This document shows, piece by piece, positions 9,428-18,891 of a DNA stretch of 64,000 bases. The stretch is from a bacterium. Lineage in GTDB: Bacteria; Electryoneota; JAOADG01. The notes beneath the pieces were generated by a model, which saw only the letters and a list, made by a program, of their open reading frames with translations, had not been told where the DNA came from and ran no database searches. The stretch's first letter is position 1. Each line of letters starts with the position of its first letter. The position numbers and the translations under genes are program-made. The DNA lies in the NCBI GenBank assembly GCA_963681965.1, contig OY820579.1, positions 800,001-864,000 of the forward strand, written 5' to 3'.

Positions 9428-9487
9428 AGCATCTGTCTGCTCATTTTCATAAATTCTATCGTATCACACATAGAACAAGAGTAGAGG

Positions 9488-9958
9488 TTGTTTTTGAATT
9501 GTAGTGAAGTGAATACGCTAGTGCTGGAAGCCATATCTGGATCGTTGGATGACGTTCGACGGAGAGCCTTCGAACAACATTTGGACCAGTGCGAACCGTG
9601 TCGGGAAATGGTTGCTTGTAAACGTATTCACAACCATCACCTCAAAGAACAGCGTGAGTATCAATCCCAAGACGACTTCTGGCAAGGATTTCATAAAAAA
9701 ATATCGCGTGACATCAATCAACCGGAAACATTACCCGAACGATTCGATCGCTGGCGCTTGACTAACTTTCCGGCAGCATTTTGTCAATTCAGTACACTCG
9801 GGTTGTTGAAAGTCGTTTTGCTGGGCTTGATGGTAACGCTTTCGATTTTGCTGTTTCGCGATGAAACCGAGCTGTCGCACGCACAAGATCCGGTGGTGAT
9901 CAGTGTCGAACGCGATTCTACCGGAACTCCGCTCTATCAGGCGCTGCCCGCAAAATGA
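9488..9958 (+). CDS. Zinc-binding (zf-HC2/ZAS) anti-sigma factor with one TM helix
   Basis: C...HLDQCEPC (HxxxCxxC); TM segment LGLLKVVLLGLMVTLSILLF; follows the ECF sigma; TTG start. Confidence 0.8.
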   Translation: MFLNCSEVNTLVLEAISGSLDDVRRRAFEQHLDQCEPCREMVACKRIHNHHLKEQREYQSQDDFWQGFHKKISRDINQPETLPERFDRWRLTNFPAAFCQFSTLGLLKVVLLGLMVTLSILLFRDETELSHAQDPVVISVERDSTGTPLYQALPAK

Positions 9959-10974
9959 CGCAATCCAATCGCTCCCATTTGGCACTCTGTTGCCTGTTGA
10001 TACTCCAATTTTCATTCATCGGATGCTCTCGGTCATCGAAAACATTGGTTGAAATGGATCGCGAAATGCGTTCGCTGGCGATGATACTTTCACCATCGAT
10101 TGTTGTGTTACAACCGATAACCGATAATGGTGAACAGGCTGGCTTAATCGGATCGGCAGTATCGATCGGTAAACACGGGGAGTTGCTAACAACCGCGTCA
10201 ATTCTGAGTGATGGGCGCCCATTGCAAGCATTATTATCGAACGGAGTGACAGTCCCGGTAACACTTGTTGGAGCGGACTGGGAAGCAAATCTGGCATTGT
10301 TGAAATTGGAAACCGGTATTACCGTTCCCGAAGTAGCGCTAGTGGGTCCGTCGGAAATTTCGGTCGGTCAACTGGGATTTTTGATTGGTACTGCTCCGAT
10401 GGTGCAAGGCGCGTTCATTACCTACGGCACGATGGCGATCAGCTCGTTAGGTGGCGACGACCCATATAACGACCGCCTCTTCGCTTTAATGTCCACGAGT
10501 ATGTTGGCTCGTCCCGGATCGCCGGTATTCAATACTTCGGGTCAAATCATCGGTATGATCGACGGTCGGATGCAAGTGCCGAACGGAGGCTGCTGGAGCG
10601 TTATTCCGTTGCGCTCAATTCGAAAATTACTTCCATTGCTTGAACTTGGTGGAGGGGTTCCGCGGGGATTTTTAGGAATCATACCCGGGAAATTGGCTGA
10701 AACGAATAGCGGTGTAGGAATAACTGTCGCCGCGATCGAACCGAATTCGCCGGCAGAAGCCAATGGATTAAAGGCGGGCGACATCATTTTCGAAGTCGAC
10801 AATGTGCGAATGGCGCATGTCTCGAGTTTGCGGATTGCGATCACTTCGAAACCAAATTCGAATATAACCTTGAAGTACTTGCGTACGGGTCAAGTAAATA
10901 CAATCACTGTCAAACCAGAAAGCCGCGTTATTACAGCTAACGATGCAACCCGCAACCCGAACCGGAAGTTATAG
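9955..10974 (+). CDS. HtrA/DegS-like trypsin-fold + PDZ lipoprotein lacking the catalytic triad
   Basis: Lipobox-like FIGC. TNAHV is TTASI, DLALL is NLALL, GNSGGP is ARPGSP. PDZ domain RGFLGI..SPAEANGLKAGDII. Confidence 0.75.
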   Translation: MTQSNRSHLALCCLLILQFSFIGCSRSSKTLVEMDREMRSLAMILSPSIVVLQPITDNGEQAGLIGSAVSIGKHGELLTTASILSDGRPLQALLSNGVTVPVTLVGADWEANLALLKLETGITVPEVALVGPSEISVGQLGFLIGTAPMVQGAFITYGTMAISSLGGDDPYNDRLFALMSTSMLARPGSPVFNTSGQIIGMIDGRMQVPNGGCWSVIPLRSIRKLLPLLELGGGVPRGFLGIIPGKLAETNSGVGITVAAIEPNSPAEANGLKAGDIIFEVDNVRMAHVSSLRIAITSKPNSNITLKYLRTGQVNTITVKPESRVITANDATRNPNRKL

Positions 10975-11039
10975 CAGTACGATCGGTCTCTCGATACGCT
11001 TACGCGACTTTCGAATTTATTTCCCATTGGAATTATGCT

Positions 11040-12530
11040 ATGAATACTTCAACCTCACCGTTACCGGATCCGGAATTTATTAAACGTACACTTAGTTCCG
11101 AACCGGGTGCAGAACCGCAAATTGCCGGTACAAAAGAAGAATCGCCGTATCATAAACACCCGATCGAACCAACCAAATTCTCGATTACTCCGCTGGAATT
11201 GGAAGCGCATCTCAATCAATTTGTCATCGGTCAAAAAGATGCGGTGTCGATGCTCGCCACGAAAATTGCCACGCATTACAACCGCATGCGGCTCGAAAGT
11301 ACGCATCCGGAAATGCCACACATCGTCGGAAATATCAAACCGAATGTGATTTTAATCGGTCCGACTGGAGTCGGTAAAACCTATATCGTGAAGTTGATTG
11401 CCGATTACATAAAAGTTCCGTTCGTCAAGGGCGATGCAACCAAATTCAGTGAAACCGGTTACGTCGGCGGCGACGTCGAGGACTTGATCCGCGAATTGGT
11501 TCACGTCGCCGGCGGTAACATCGCTACAGCGGAACGGGGTATTGTTTATATCGATGAAATCGATAAGATTGCCGCGGCACAAAATGTTGTCGGTCTCGAT
11601 GTCTCGCGTACCGGTGTGCAACGGAATCTCTTGAAGATCATGGAAGAGACCGAAGTCGATATGAAAGTGCCGCACGACATCGCCTCCCAAATGGAAGCGG
11701 TGATTGAATTGCAGCGTACCGGAAAAGCCGAGCGCAAGATCGTAAATACGCGAAACATTCTGTTCATTGTCAGTGGTGCGTTTTCGCATCTGGATGAAAT
11801 TGTGCTTAAACGGTTGCGGGGCGGTACGATTGGTTTCGGCAAACAGCTTGGCGAGGCTATGGATGGATATCAGTGGGCGAAACATCTTGCTTCGCAGGAT
11901 TTGATCAATTACGGGTTCGAGACTGAATTTGTCGGACGATTGCCGGTTTTGGTGAAGATGCAACAGTTGACCGTTGACGACCTGTATCAAATACTAAAAT
12001 CGCCGACCGGATCGGTGATGCAGGGCAAAAAACGGGATTTTCAGGCGTACGAAATCGATCTCGATTTTTCCGATGAAGCGTTAATGATGTTAGCCGAACA
12101 AGCCGCTACCGAGGGAACCGGCGCACGCGGAATCTTAGCGGTGATGGAACGATTATTATTGCCGTTTGAGAAAATGTTACCGGGTCGAGTTAACCAATTC
12201 ACCGTAACAAAAGAGACGATCGAACAACCTGAAAATGAATTGAAACGAATTTTGGAACAGGCGGCGATCAAACAATTTCAGTACGAGATGATGGTAGAAA
12301 CGGGAATTGCCTTCCGGTTGCCGGATGAAACTGCGCGCTGGGCACACAATCAGGCAACCACCGAGAGCGTCGAGGTGGTAACGCTACTCAAAGAACGTTT
12401 GAAGAACTACCCCTACGGTCTTAAATTGATGGGATTATCCGAATTCGAAGTACCAGTCGCCGCGTTGGAGCAACCGCAGGAATATTTGGATGCGAAAATC
12501 AAGCTATCGTTTGCGGTAAAGAAGGATTAG
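11040..12530 (+). CDS. ClpX-like AAA+ ATPase without N-terminal zinc-binding domain, with C-terminal extension
   Basis: VIGQ, GPTGVGKT, DATKFSETGYVGGDVE, YIDEIDKI, IGF loop (TIGF), EFVGRLP, TGARG. No CxxC motifs. Confidence 0.85.
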   Translation: MNTSTSPLPDPEFIKRTLSSEPGAEPQIAGTKEESPYHKHPIEPTKFSITPLELEAHLNQFVIGQKDAVSMLATKIATHYNRMRLESTHPEMPHIVGNIKPNVILIGPTGVGKTYIVKLIADYIKVPFVKGDATKFSETGYVGGDVEDLIRELVHVAGGNIATAERGIVYIDEIDKIAAAQNVVGLDVSRTGVQRNLLKIMEETEVDMKVPHDIASQMEAVIELQRTGKAERKIVNTRNILFIVSGAFSHLDEIVLKRLRGGTIGFGKQLGEAMDGYQWAKHLASQDLINYGFETEFVGRLPVLVKMQQLTVDDLYQILKSPTGSVMQGKKRDFQAYEIDLDFSDEALMMLAEQAATEGTGARGILAVMERLLLPFEKMLPGRVNQFTVTKETIEQPENELKRILEQAAIKQFQYEMMVETGIAFRLPDETARWAHNQATTESVEVVTLLKERLKNYPYGLKLMGLSEFEVPVAALEQPQEYLDAKIKLSFAVKKD

Positions 12531-12532
12531 TT

Positions 12533-12739
12533 ATGTCGAAAACATCGTTATCGATTAAAGGTATGACTTGCGACCATTGTAAAGCCGCCGTTGAACGTGC
12601 GCTGGGAAAAGTACCCGGTGTTGTCACCGTTTCGGTCGATCGAATTGCCGGCTCCGCCGAATTGGATATCGGCGACAATGATGTTCCCCGGGAAAACTTG
12701 ATCGCTGCAATCGAAAAAGCCGGTTTCGAGGCGAAGTAA
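12533..12739 (+). CDS. copZ: Copper chaperone / HMA domain protein
   Basis: 68 aa, GMTCDHC, AIEKAGF. Confidence 0.88.
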   Translation: MSKTSLSIKGMTCDHCKAAVERALGKVPGVVTVSVDRIAGSAELDIGDNDVPRENLIAAIEKAGFEAK

Positions 12740-12795
12740 ATCACCATTCATTTACAATTCTGGATACTATTGAACCATCTACTTTTGAGGTAATC

Positions 12796-13896
12796 ATGCC
12801 CGCTAAATTATCGCCACTTTGTCGTCCGACAGTAGGAACCATTACCCCTTACGAACCGGGAAAACCAATCTCCGAAGTACAACGTGAATACGGTGTGACC
12901 GATGTTGTGAAATTGGCATCGAATGAAAACCCACTCGGACCGTCGCCGAAAGCGATGGCGGCTGTTCAGGCGGCAATTGCGGAATTGAATCGGTATCCCG
13001 ATGGCGCCGGATATTTTTTAAAAGAGAAATTGGCGCTGGTTCACAATGTTCCCTCGAATTGGTTAGTATTGGGCAATGGTTCGACCGAGTTGGTGGAATT
13101 GGTGACCGAAGCATTTATCAACGAAGGTGAAGAAGCGGTTATCGGCAAATACGAATTCTTCAAGTATCGGATTGCGATGCAGATAATGAATGGTGTCGTG
13201 CGTTGGGTCGATATGCCGAATTTGGGATACGATGCCGAAGCGATGATTGCCGCCATAACCGATCGCACGAAATTGTTGTTTATTGCCAATCCGAACAATC
13301 CAACCGGCACACTGATGTCTCGCGATCAGGTAGCATGGCTGATGGATCATGTACCTCCGCATGTGATCGTGATTTTTGACGAAGCTTACTACGAATATCG
13401 CAATCCCGAAACTTACCCCGACACCATGCCGTATGTCCGGGAAGGGCGCAATGTCGTCATCTTCCGGACGTTTTCGAAAGCCTATGGCATCGCTGGATTG
13501 CGCACCGGGTATGCGATCACGACACCGGAAATTGCACAGGCGATGAATACCGTTCGGGAAGCGTTTAACGTAAATTCGTTGGGTCAGATCGCTGCCGCGG
13601 CAGCACTCGACGATGTCGAATTTTTAAGACAAGGCATTGCGTTGAATTCGGCAGGAAAGAGCGTCTATTATCGCGAATTGGCAAAATTGGGACTTGAATT
13701 TGTCCCGACTGAGGCAAATTTTATCTTGGTGAAAACGCCCCTCCCCGGACGCAAGTTATTCCATGAATTACTGAAGCGCGGTGTTGTCGTTCGACCGGTT
13801 GATGGTTACGATTTAGCGGAATACGTTCGGGTTTCAGTCGGTTTACCGGAGGAAAACGCTAAATTCTTTGCCGCAATTGCCGACGTACTTCATTGA
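12796..13896 (+). CDS. hisC: Histidinol-phosphate aminotransferase
   Basis: PYEPGKP, KLASNENPLGPSP, NPNNPTG, DEAYYEY, RTFSKAYGIAGLRTGY. Confidence 0.93.
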   Translation: MPAKLSPLCRPTVGTITPYEPGKPISEVQREYGVTDVVKLASNENPLGPSPKAMAAVQAAIAELNRYPDGAGYFLKEKLALVHNVPSNWLVLGNGSTELVELVTEAFINEGEEAVIGKYEFFKYRIAMQIMNGVVRWVDMPNLGYDAEAMIAAITDRTKLLFIANPNNPTGTLMSRDQVAWLMDHVPPHVIVIFDEAYYEYRNPETYPDTMPYVREGRNVVIFRTFSKAYGIAGLRTGYAITTPEIAQAMNTVREAFNVNSLGQIAAAAALDDVEFLRQGIALNSAGKSVYYRELAKLGLEFVPTEANFILVKTPLPGRKLFHELLKRGVVVRPVDGYDLAEYVRVSVGLPEENAKFFAAIADVLH

Positions 13897-13926
13897 TCAA
13901 AAGCGGCTAAATACTCTCTGAAGAGG

Positions 13927-13952
13927 AACGCAGGCGATTGCCTGCGTTTTTT
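13927..13952 (+). terminator. Intrinsic terminator after hisC
   Basis: AACGCAGGC-GATT-GCCTGCGTT followed by TTTT. Confidence 0.75.
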
Positions 13953-14204
13953 ACTAGTTGAAATTAGAGTTCCATAACGATATATTCATGACTTCAAATT
14001 CGAACGTTTCTCGTGTATGAATATGAAATTATGAAATTCAGAGATTATTTTTTGTTAGTCTATTACCGATATATATAATAATAGTGCTTTTGAAACATCC
14101 AATTATCGAACGACCTGTTTCAACAATCGGTCATATCTAGTTAGGATAACGACTTATCAATGGCGTAATTTATTGGGTAAGCTTTTGATTCTATTTTATA
14201 TCAG

Positions 14205-14963
14205 GTGAATGTGCAAAACGGCTTATTATTAACCTCAGACACCGATTTGGTGCGTTATATCGGTCAAGCTACCGCCGGCTCGGACTGTGTGTTGCGCGTC
14301 CGAAATTCCGCCGAGAGTTTTGTGGCTGAAGTGTCGCACCGGTTGGTCGATTGGGTGGCTATTGATTTTTCCGAAGACAGCAGTGCCCGTCGAATGCTGT
14401 TTAATCGGGTACCACGCGTTACGAACAAAATTGCGATTCTCGCAAGCGATCCGGATCAAACTCTCCAGTCGTTCACTGGTTCGAATTTTACGGTAATTCA
14501 GCGCAAACTTCCCTATCATCAACTTCGCACGGCATTGGGTATTACCGGATCCTACTTTGTTCCGGTTGTAAGCAATGTGAGTGGGTTGGTGGTGATTGCG
14601 GATAAAGAGAATTCGTTTACTGCTCGATTGGCGAATGACCTGATGACGCTAGGATTCGAAGTACTATTACCTAAACATGCGGTAGAAGCTGTCAGACTGG
14701 TGCGTGAACGGCACCCCAGCAGTGTGATAATTGGCTTTAATGCGTTTTCTACACCGGGATCGGAAATCTGTCGCGCCATTCGACGGATCGGAATGAAACC
14801 GGAACCCAAATTGTATGTAACCACCGACCTCGTGACCAACGAAAAAAACGTCGAAGCGCTTGCTGCCGGTGCCGAAGTACTATATGGCTACTCCTTGGAT
14901 AACAGCGATCTGATTGGAAAAATTATTACCAACGCGCAATCCGAAGCAGATAGGTCAGACTAA
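14205..14963 (+). CDS. Tandem degenerate receiver (REC)-like domain protein
   Basis: Second half: VVIADKE..L..LGFEV..AVEAVRLVRERHPSSVIIG..GSEICRAIR..ALAAGA. This is a REC fold with the phospho-Asp replaced by Gly. Confidence 0.55.
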   Translation: MNVQNGLLLTSDTDLVRYIGQATAGSDCVLRVRNSAESFVAEVSHRLVDWVAIDFSEDSSARRMLFNRVPRVTNKIAILASDPDQTLQSFTGSNFTVIQRKLPYHQLRTALGITGSYFVPVVSNVSGLVVIADKENSFTARLANDLMTLGFEVLLPKHAVEAVRLVRERHPSSVIIGFNAFSTPGSEICRAIRRIGMKPEPKLYVTTDLVTNEKNVEALAAGAEVLYGYSLDNSDLIGKIITNAQSEADRSD

Positions 14964-14965
14964 CA

Positions 14966-16144
14966 ATGCGGTTGCTTCGAATCGATGAAATACCGGAAAA
15001 CACACCACTCGGACAATCGATTTTCGACGAGCGAGGACATTTGTTGCTTGGTGAAGGATATCCCTTGCGACAATACGAACTCTCGCGAATTCGATCGTTG
15101 GGCTACGATATTCTGTATGTAAATACTCCCGAAAGCGAAAAGGTAACCATTGTTCCGGTGTTGTCGGCACGAGTCGATTCGCAATTGCACAAGTTATTGT
15201 TCGAGCAATTCGATCAAATTTCATCTGCAATTAAATCGGTAAAACTACCCCCTGAAAAAATCGCCACAGATTTTGATAACATCCCCGAATTAAGAGAAGT
15301 ATTGAATATCAATAACGCCGTAATGGGGTCGCGGTTACTGATCGAGGAACTCGAGCTGAAGGGGATGGAACCGCTTGACATGCTCTTGCTGAAAGGGAAG
15401 ATCAACTATCTTCGCGATCACTCGATCAACACCGCAATCATGTCGGTTTTACTCGGATATCGCTTCGGTTTACGGCGCAACGATCTGATTGAAATTTCGC
15501 TGGCTGCCATGATGCATTGCTGTGGCTTGCTGTTCATACCGCAATTTATCGGACGCGACGAAATCACTTTCACCGATTCCGAGTGGCAACAGTATCAACT
15601 TTATCCGACACTTTCCGAACGGTGTATCGGAGCGTCGACGGATCGTTTTTTCCGGGCTCGTCGCGCGATTCTCGAACACCGTGAGAAGCAGGATGGAACC
15701 GGTTTCCCCTGCAAGATTCGCGGTGCCAACCGGAAACCGAATTTTCAAGATACCAACGGTCATGAATTCATTTACCCGATGGCGGAGATTATTGCGGTTG
15801 CTGCGGCATTCGATGAATACGTCGGTCGCGGTTTCGGTCTCCCGATGTCGCTGGAAGAAGCCGGATTGAATATTATCGCTCGAATCGGTCACGATTTGAA
15901 TACTGGAATCGTCGAAACGTGGCTCAATACCTGTTCGATATTCCCGCCGGGAGTTACAATTCGGGTGATTCGGTGCGACGACAAACAATTGGTTGGCGGC
16001 TTGGGAATTATTCAAAAATCCAATTGGGATAAACCACATCACCCCCGAGTTGTTATGTTGCAGGATGGTCAGGGTAAACGACTCGATCAACTCGAAGCCG
16101 ACTTTGCCAAATTTTCCATTTCTCAAATTCGGATGATTTTATAA
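14966..16144 (+). CDS. Degenerate HD-GYP domain protein
   Basis: N-terminal LGQSIFDERGHLLL; HSINTA; HD is replaced by HC (MMHCCG); HREKQDGTGFP; AEIIAVAAAFD. Confidence 0.8.
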   Translation: MRLLRIDEIPENTPLGQSIFDERGHLLLGEGYPLRQYELSRIRSLGYDILYVNTPESEKVTIVPVLSARVDSQLHKLLFEQFDQISSAIKSVKLPPEKIATDFDNIPELREVLNINNAVMGSRLLIEELELKGMEPLDMLLLKGKINYLRDHSINTAIMSVLLGYRFGLRRNDLIEISLAAMMHCCGLLFIPQFIGRDEITFTDSEWQQYQLYPTLSERCIGASTDRFFRARRAILEHREKQDGTGFPCKIRGANRKPNFQDTNGHEFIYPMAEIIAVAAAFDEYVGRGFGLPMSLEEAGLNIIARIGHDLNTGIVETWLNTCSIFPPGVTIRVIRCDDKQLVGGLGIIQKSNWDKPHHPRVVMLQDGQGKRLDQLEADFAKFSISQIRMIL

Positions 16145-16272
16145 CTCCGCTTATTTGCAAGACTTCGATTACTTCAATTCGCCCCAGTTTTACAAATCCG
16201 ATAGCGTGGTGTAAATTCGTGCTATCTCGAAAAAATCAGTAGAGATATCGTTTATTGAGGTTGTAACCCACA

Positions 16273-17802
16273 ATGGCAAATCATCTTGATCGATGCGGCG
16301 GGATTCTGCTACATCCAACATCCTTACCAGGCGAGTACGGTGTCGGCGATATCGGTCCGCAAGCATACCGGTTTGTTGACTGGCTGGTTACTGCCAACTG
16401 CCGGGTGTGGCAAGTACTGCCGTTGAATCCTCCGGGGTATGGCAACTCGCCGTATGCCAGTCTTTCCGCTTTTGCTGCCAATCCACTACTGATCTCGCCG
16501 GAGTTGCTTCGTGACTGGGAACTCGTAACGATCAACGATCTTGCACTAGCTCAATTACCGGAAGGTCGGTGCGATTTTGTCTTAGCGGCTGATGCAAAAC
16601 GCCGGTTACTCGATACCGCTTACCGACGATTTAGTATCAGTAGTAATTTCGAAATATTGCGTAAAGAATTTACCCGGTATCGTGAACAACAGCGATCGTG
16701 GCTCGACGGATGGTGCGCTTATCGCAGCTTGAAAACGCTGTATGGCGGACGACATTGGCGCGATTGGCAAGTAACTCCAGTAACTGCTACAGCAGCGTTG
16801 GAGTCACTCACTAGTCAAATCGAACAAATCGCATTCGAACAATTTCTATTCGATCGACAGTGGGCATTGTTGCGGGATTATGCCGCCGAAAGAGGAATTC
16901 GCATCATCGGCGATATGCCGCTATTTGTTGCCGACGATTCCGCCGATACGTGGTTGCAGCGCGATTTATTCACTTACGGCGAAGATGGTTTTCCAACACA
17001 AGTTGCTGGTGTTCCGCCGGACTATTTTTCCGAAACGGGACAACTATGGGGTAACCCGCAATATCTTTGGGAGAATCACCAACGCGATGGTTTTCAGTGG
17101 TGGATCGATCGCATCAAACGCGTCTTGCAACACACCGACATCGTTCGAATCGATCATTTCCGTGGGCTTGCAGCGAGCTGGAGTGTGGCTGCCGGAGCGC
17201 AAAATGCGATCAAGGGAACGTGGGTCAAAGCCCCCGGTAAAGAACTGCTGGAAGCGGTAAACAATGCATTGGGAGCGGTTCCGCTGATTGCCGAAGATCT
17301 CGGATTGATTACTCCGGATGTTGCCGAATTGCGCGATCGGTTTGCGTTGCCGGGCATGAAAGTATTGCACTTTGCCTGGGGTGCAGATGCCTTTGCCGAT
17401 TTTCTACCACACATGTATGAGCGGAATTGCTTGGTTTACACCTGTACGCACGACAACAATACGACGGTGGGTTGGTACAAGCAGGACGCTACCGAATATG
17501 AAAAGGATCATCTCCGCCGCTATCTCGGCGTATCTGGCGATGATATCGCTTGGGATCTGATTCGAGCGGCTTGGCGATCAGTAGCGACTGTTGCAATCGT
17601 TCCGATTCAGGATGTGCTGGTGCTTGGCGGAGAACACCGGATGAATTTACCGGGTACCGATTCCGATAATTGGAATTGGCGGTTGCTTACAGGACAACTC
17701 GACGAATCGTATGCGATGGGATTAGGTGAATTAACGGAACTCTACGGTCGAACGCCGGAACCGGCATCGTCGAAAATTATCCCGGAAAAATATCCCTTGT
17801 AA
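16273..17802 (+). CDS. malQ: 4-alpha-glucanotransferase (amylomaltase, GH77)
   Basis: GILLHPTSLP, WQVLPL, SPYASLSAFA, GVPPDYFSETGQLWGNP, RIDHFRG, IAEDLG, THDNNT. Confidence 0.96.
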   Translation: MANHLDRCGGILLHPTSLPGEYGVGDIGPQAYRFVDWLVTANCRVWQVLPLNPPGYGNSPYASLSAFAANPLLISPELLRDWELVTINDLALAQLPEGRCDFVLAADAKRRLLDTAYRRFSISSNFEILRKEFTRYREQQRSWLDGWCAYRSLKTLYGGRHWRDWQVTPVTATAALESLTSQIEQIAFEQFLFDRQWALLRDYAAERGIRIIGDMPLFVADDSADTWLQRDLFTYGEDGFPTQVAGVPPDYFSETGQLWGNPQYLWENHQRDGFQWWIDRIKRVLQHTDIVRIDHFRGLAASWSVAAGAQNAIKGTWVKAPGKELLEAVNNALGAVPLIAEDLGLITPDVAELRDRFALPGMKVLHFAWGADAFADFLPHMYERNCLVYTCTHDNNTTVGWYKQDATEYEKDHLRRYLGVSGDDIAWDLIRAAWRSVATVAIVPIQDVLVLGGEHRMNLPGTDSDNWNWRLLTGQLDESYAMGLGELTELYGRTPEPASSKIIPEKYPL

Positions 17803-17821
17803 ATGGTGACGGCATGATAAG

Positions 17822-17852
17822 AAAAAAGGGCGCATTCAGTATGCGCCCTTTT
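17822..17852. terminator. Bidirectional terminator between convergent genes
   Basis: AAAAAAGGGCGCAT-TCAGT-ATGCGCCCTTTT. Confidence 0.8.
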
Positions 17853-17872
17853 GAATTTCTTGAACGAAAAAA

Positions 17873-18592
17873 CTAGTGCATGCCGATTGCTTCGCTGTTT
17901 GCCGGAACGGCTTTTGAAATCCACGATTTAATCGCTTCGCGTTGCGCTTTGATCGATTTGTCGGGACCGATTGCCTTAAAGAAATAGGGACCAGCAGCCG
18001 TTTCGACGATCGCTCCAAATAACCGGTATTGCGGTTTTTCGGTTTGGCTTCCACCCATCATTGCATTGGCAACCATCTTTCCGGAGACTTCGGCAAAAGT
18101 AATATTTAGCTTGCCGGCAGAAGTACTTTTACTGGTATTTTTATCCTTCTGATCGGAAAATTGACCAAACCATCGTTCGATGTTGGCATCGACTGTGCCC
18201 CCCTGCATTCCCAAATAGAACACGTAACATTCGGCTTCGTCCGGATCGGTACTTGTTTTCGGTAGCTTGTATTGGGCAATGCGCATATTCGATGATGGCG
18301 GTACTTTTTTCCAGCCACCGGGAAGCGCTTTTTCCAACTTATTTAAATCAATTCCCCCTTCGTTTGGTGCCGCGGGTGGCGGTGGAATCGCTTGACCCGA
18401 AGGCATTGCCTGACCACTCGCTGCTGGCGGTGGGGCATTCGGATCGATCGGAGGATGACCCGGAGGTAATTGTTGATTGCTCATCTGATCGGTTTGTTCT
18501 TTTACGATGAACTGCGAATCCTTTGCTTTTTTACAACCCATGAATGCTAACCCCATTAGCAACACGGAAATTAAAATCGTCCGAAACGTCAT
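17873..18592 (-). CDS. Uncharacterised lipoprotein (LPPGHPP motif, ANxxRWxxQ domain)
   Basis: Likely ATG 18592; lipobox LAFMGC; Pro-rich linker; GGTVDANIERWFGQF. Confidence 0.75.
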   Translation of the reverse strand: MTFRTILISVLLMGLAFMGCKKAKDSQFIVKEQTDQMSNQQLPPGHPPIDPNAPPPAASGQAMPSGQAIPPPPAAPNEGGIDLNKLEKALPGGWKKVPPSSNMRIAQYKLPKTSTDPDEAECYVFYLGMQGGTVDANIERWFGQFSDQKDKNTSKSTSAGKLNITFAEVSGKMVANAMMGGSQTEKPQYRLFGAIVETAAGPYFFKAIGPDKSIKAQREAIKSWISKAVPANSEAIGMH

Positions 18593-18891
18593 GCTCGCTC
18601 CCCAATAGCGGTTTGATTTTAGTCTAGCGGTGTTTCCCGCCTGACGATAGTACGAAAAAATGCTCAAAAAATGAAGTGCAAACATCCGAAAAATTCATCC
18701 TCGGCTCTTCGGGATGAATTTCACCAACATATACTCAAATACTTGCGTACTCATAATGAAGCATATGCTCACAACTTAATAGGAATTCAAAATCGGTGTT
18801 TGTATATTGTCATTTCGAAAATTGCCGCTGGATCTGAAGCATTCCAGTAACATCGAAATGAATATTGGGAAGCTAATAAAAGTATCGGAGT

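Noticed and set aside
18724-18750. ECF-like AAC-N17-CGTA upstream of rrf2
   Set aside because: Only 7 informative bases; several chance hits are expected in 64 kb.
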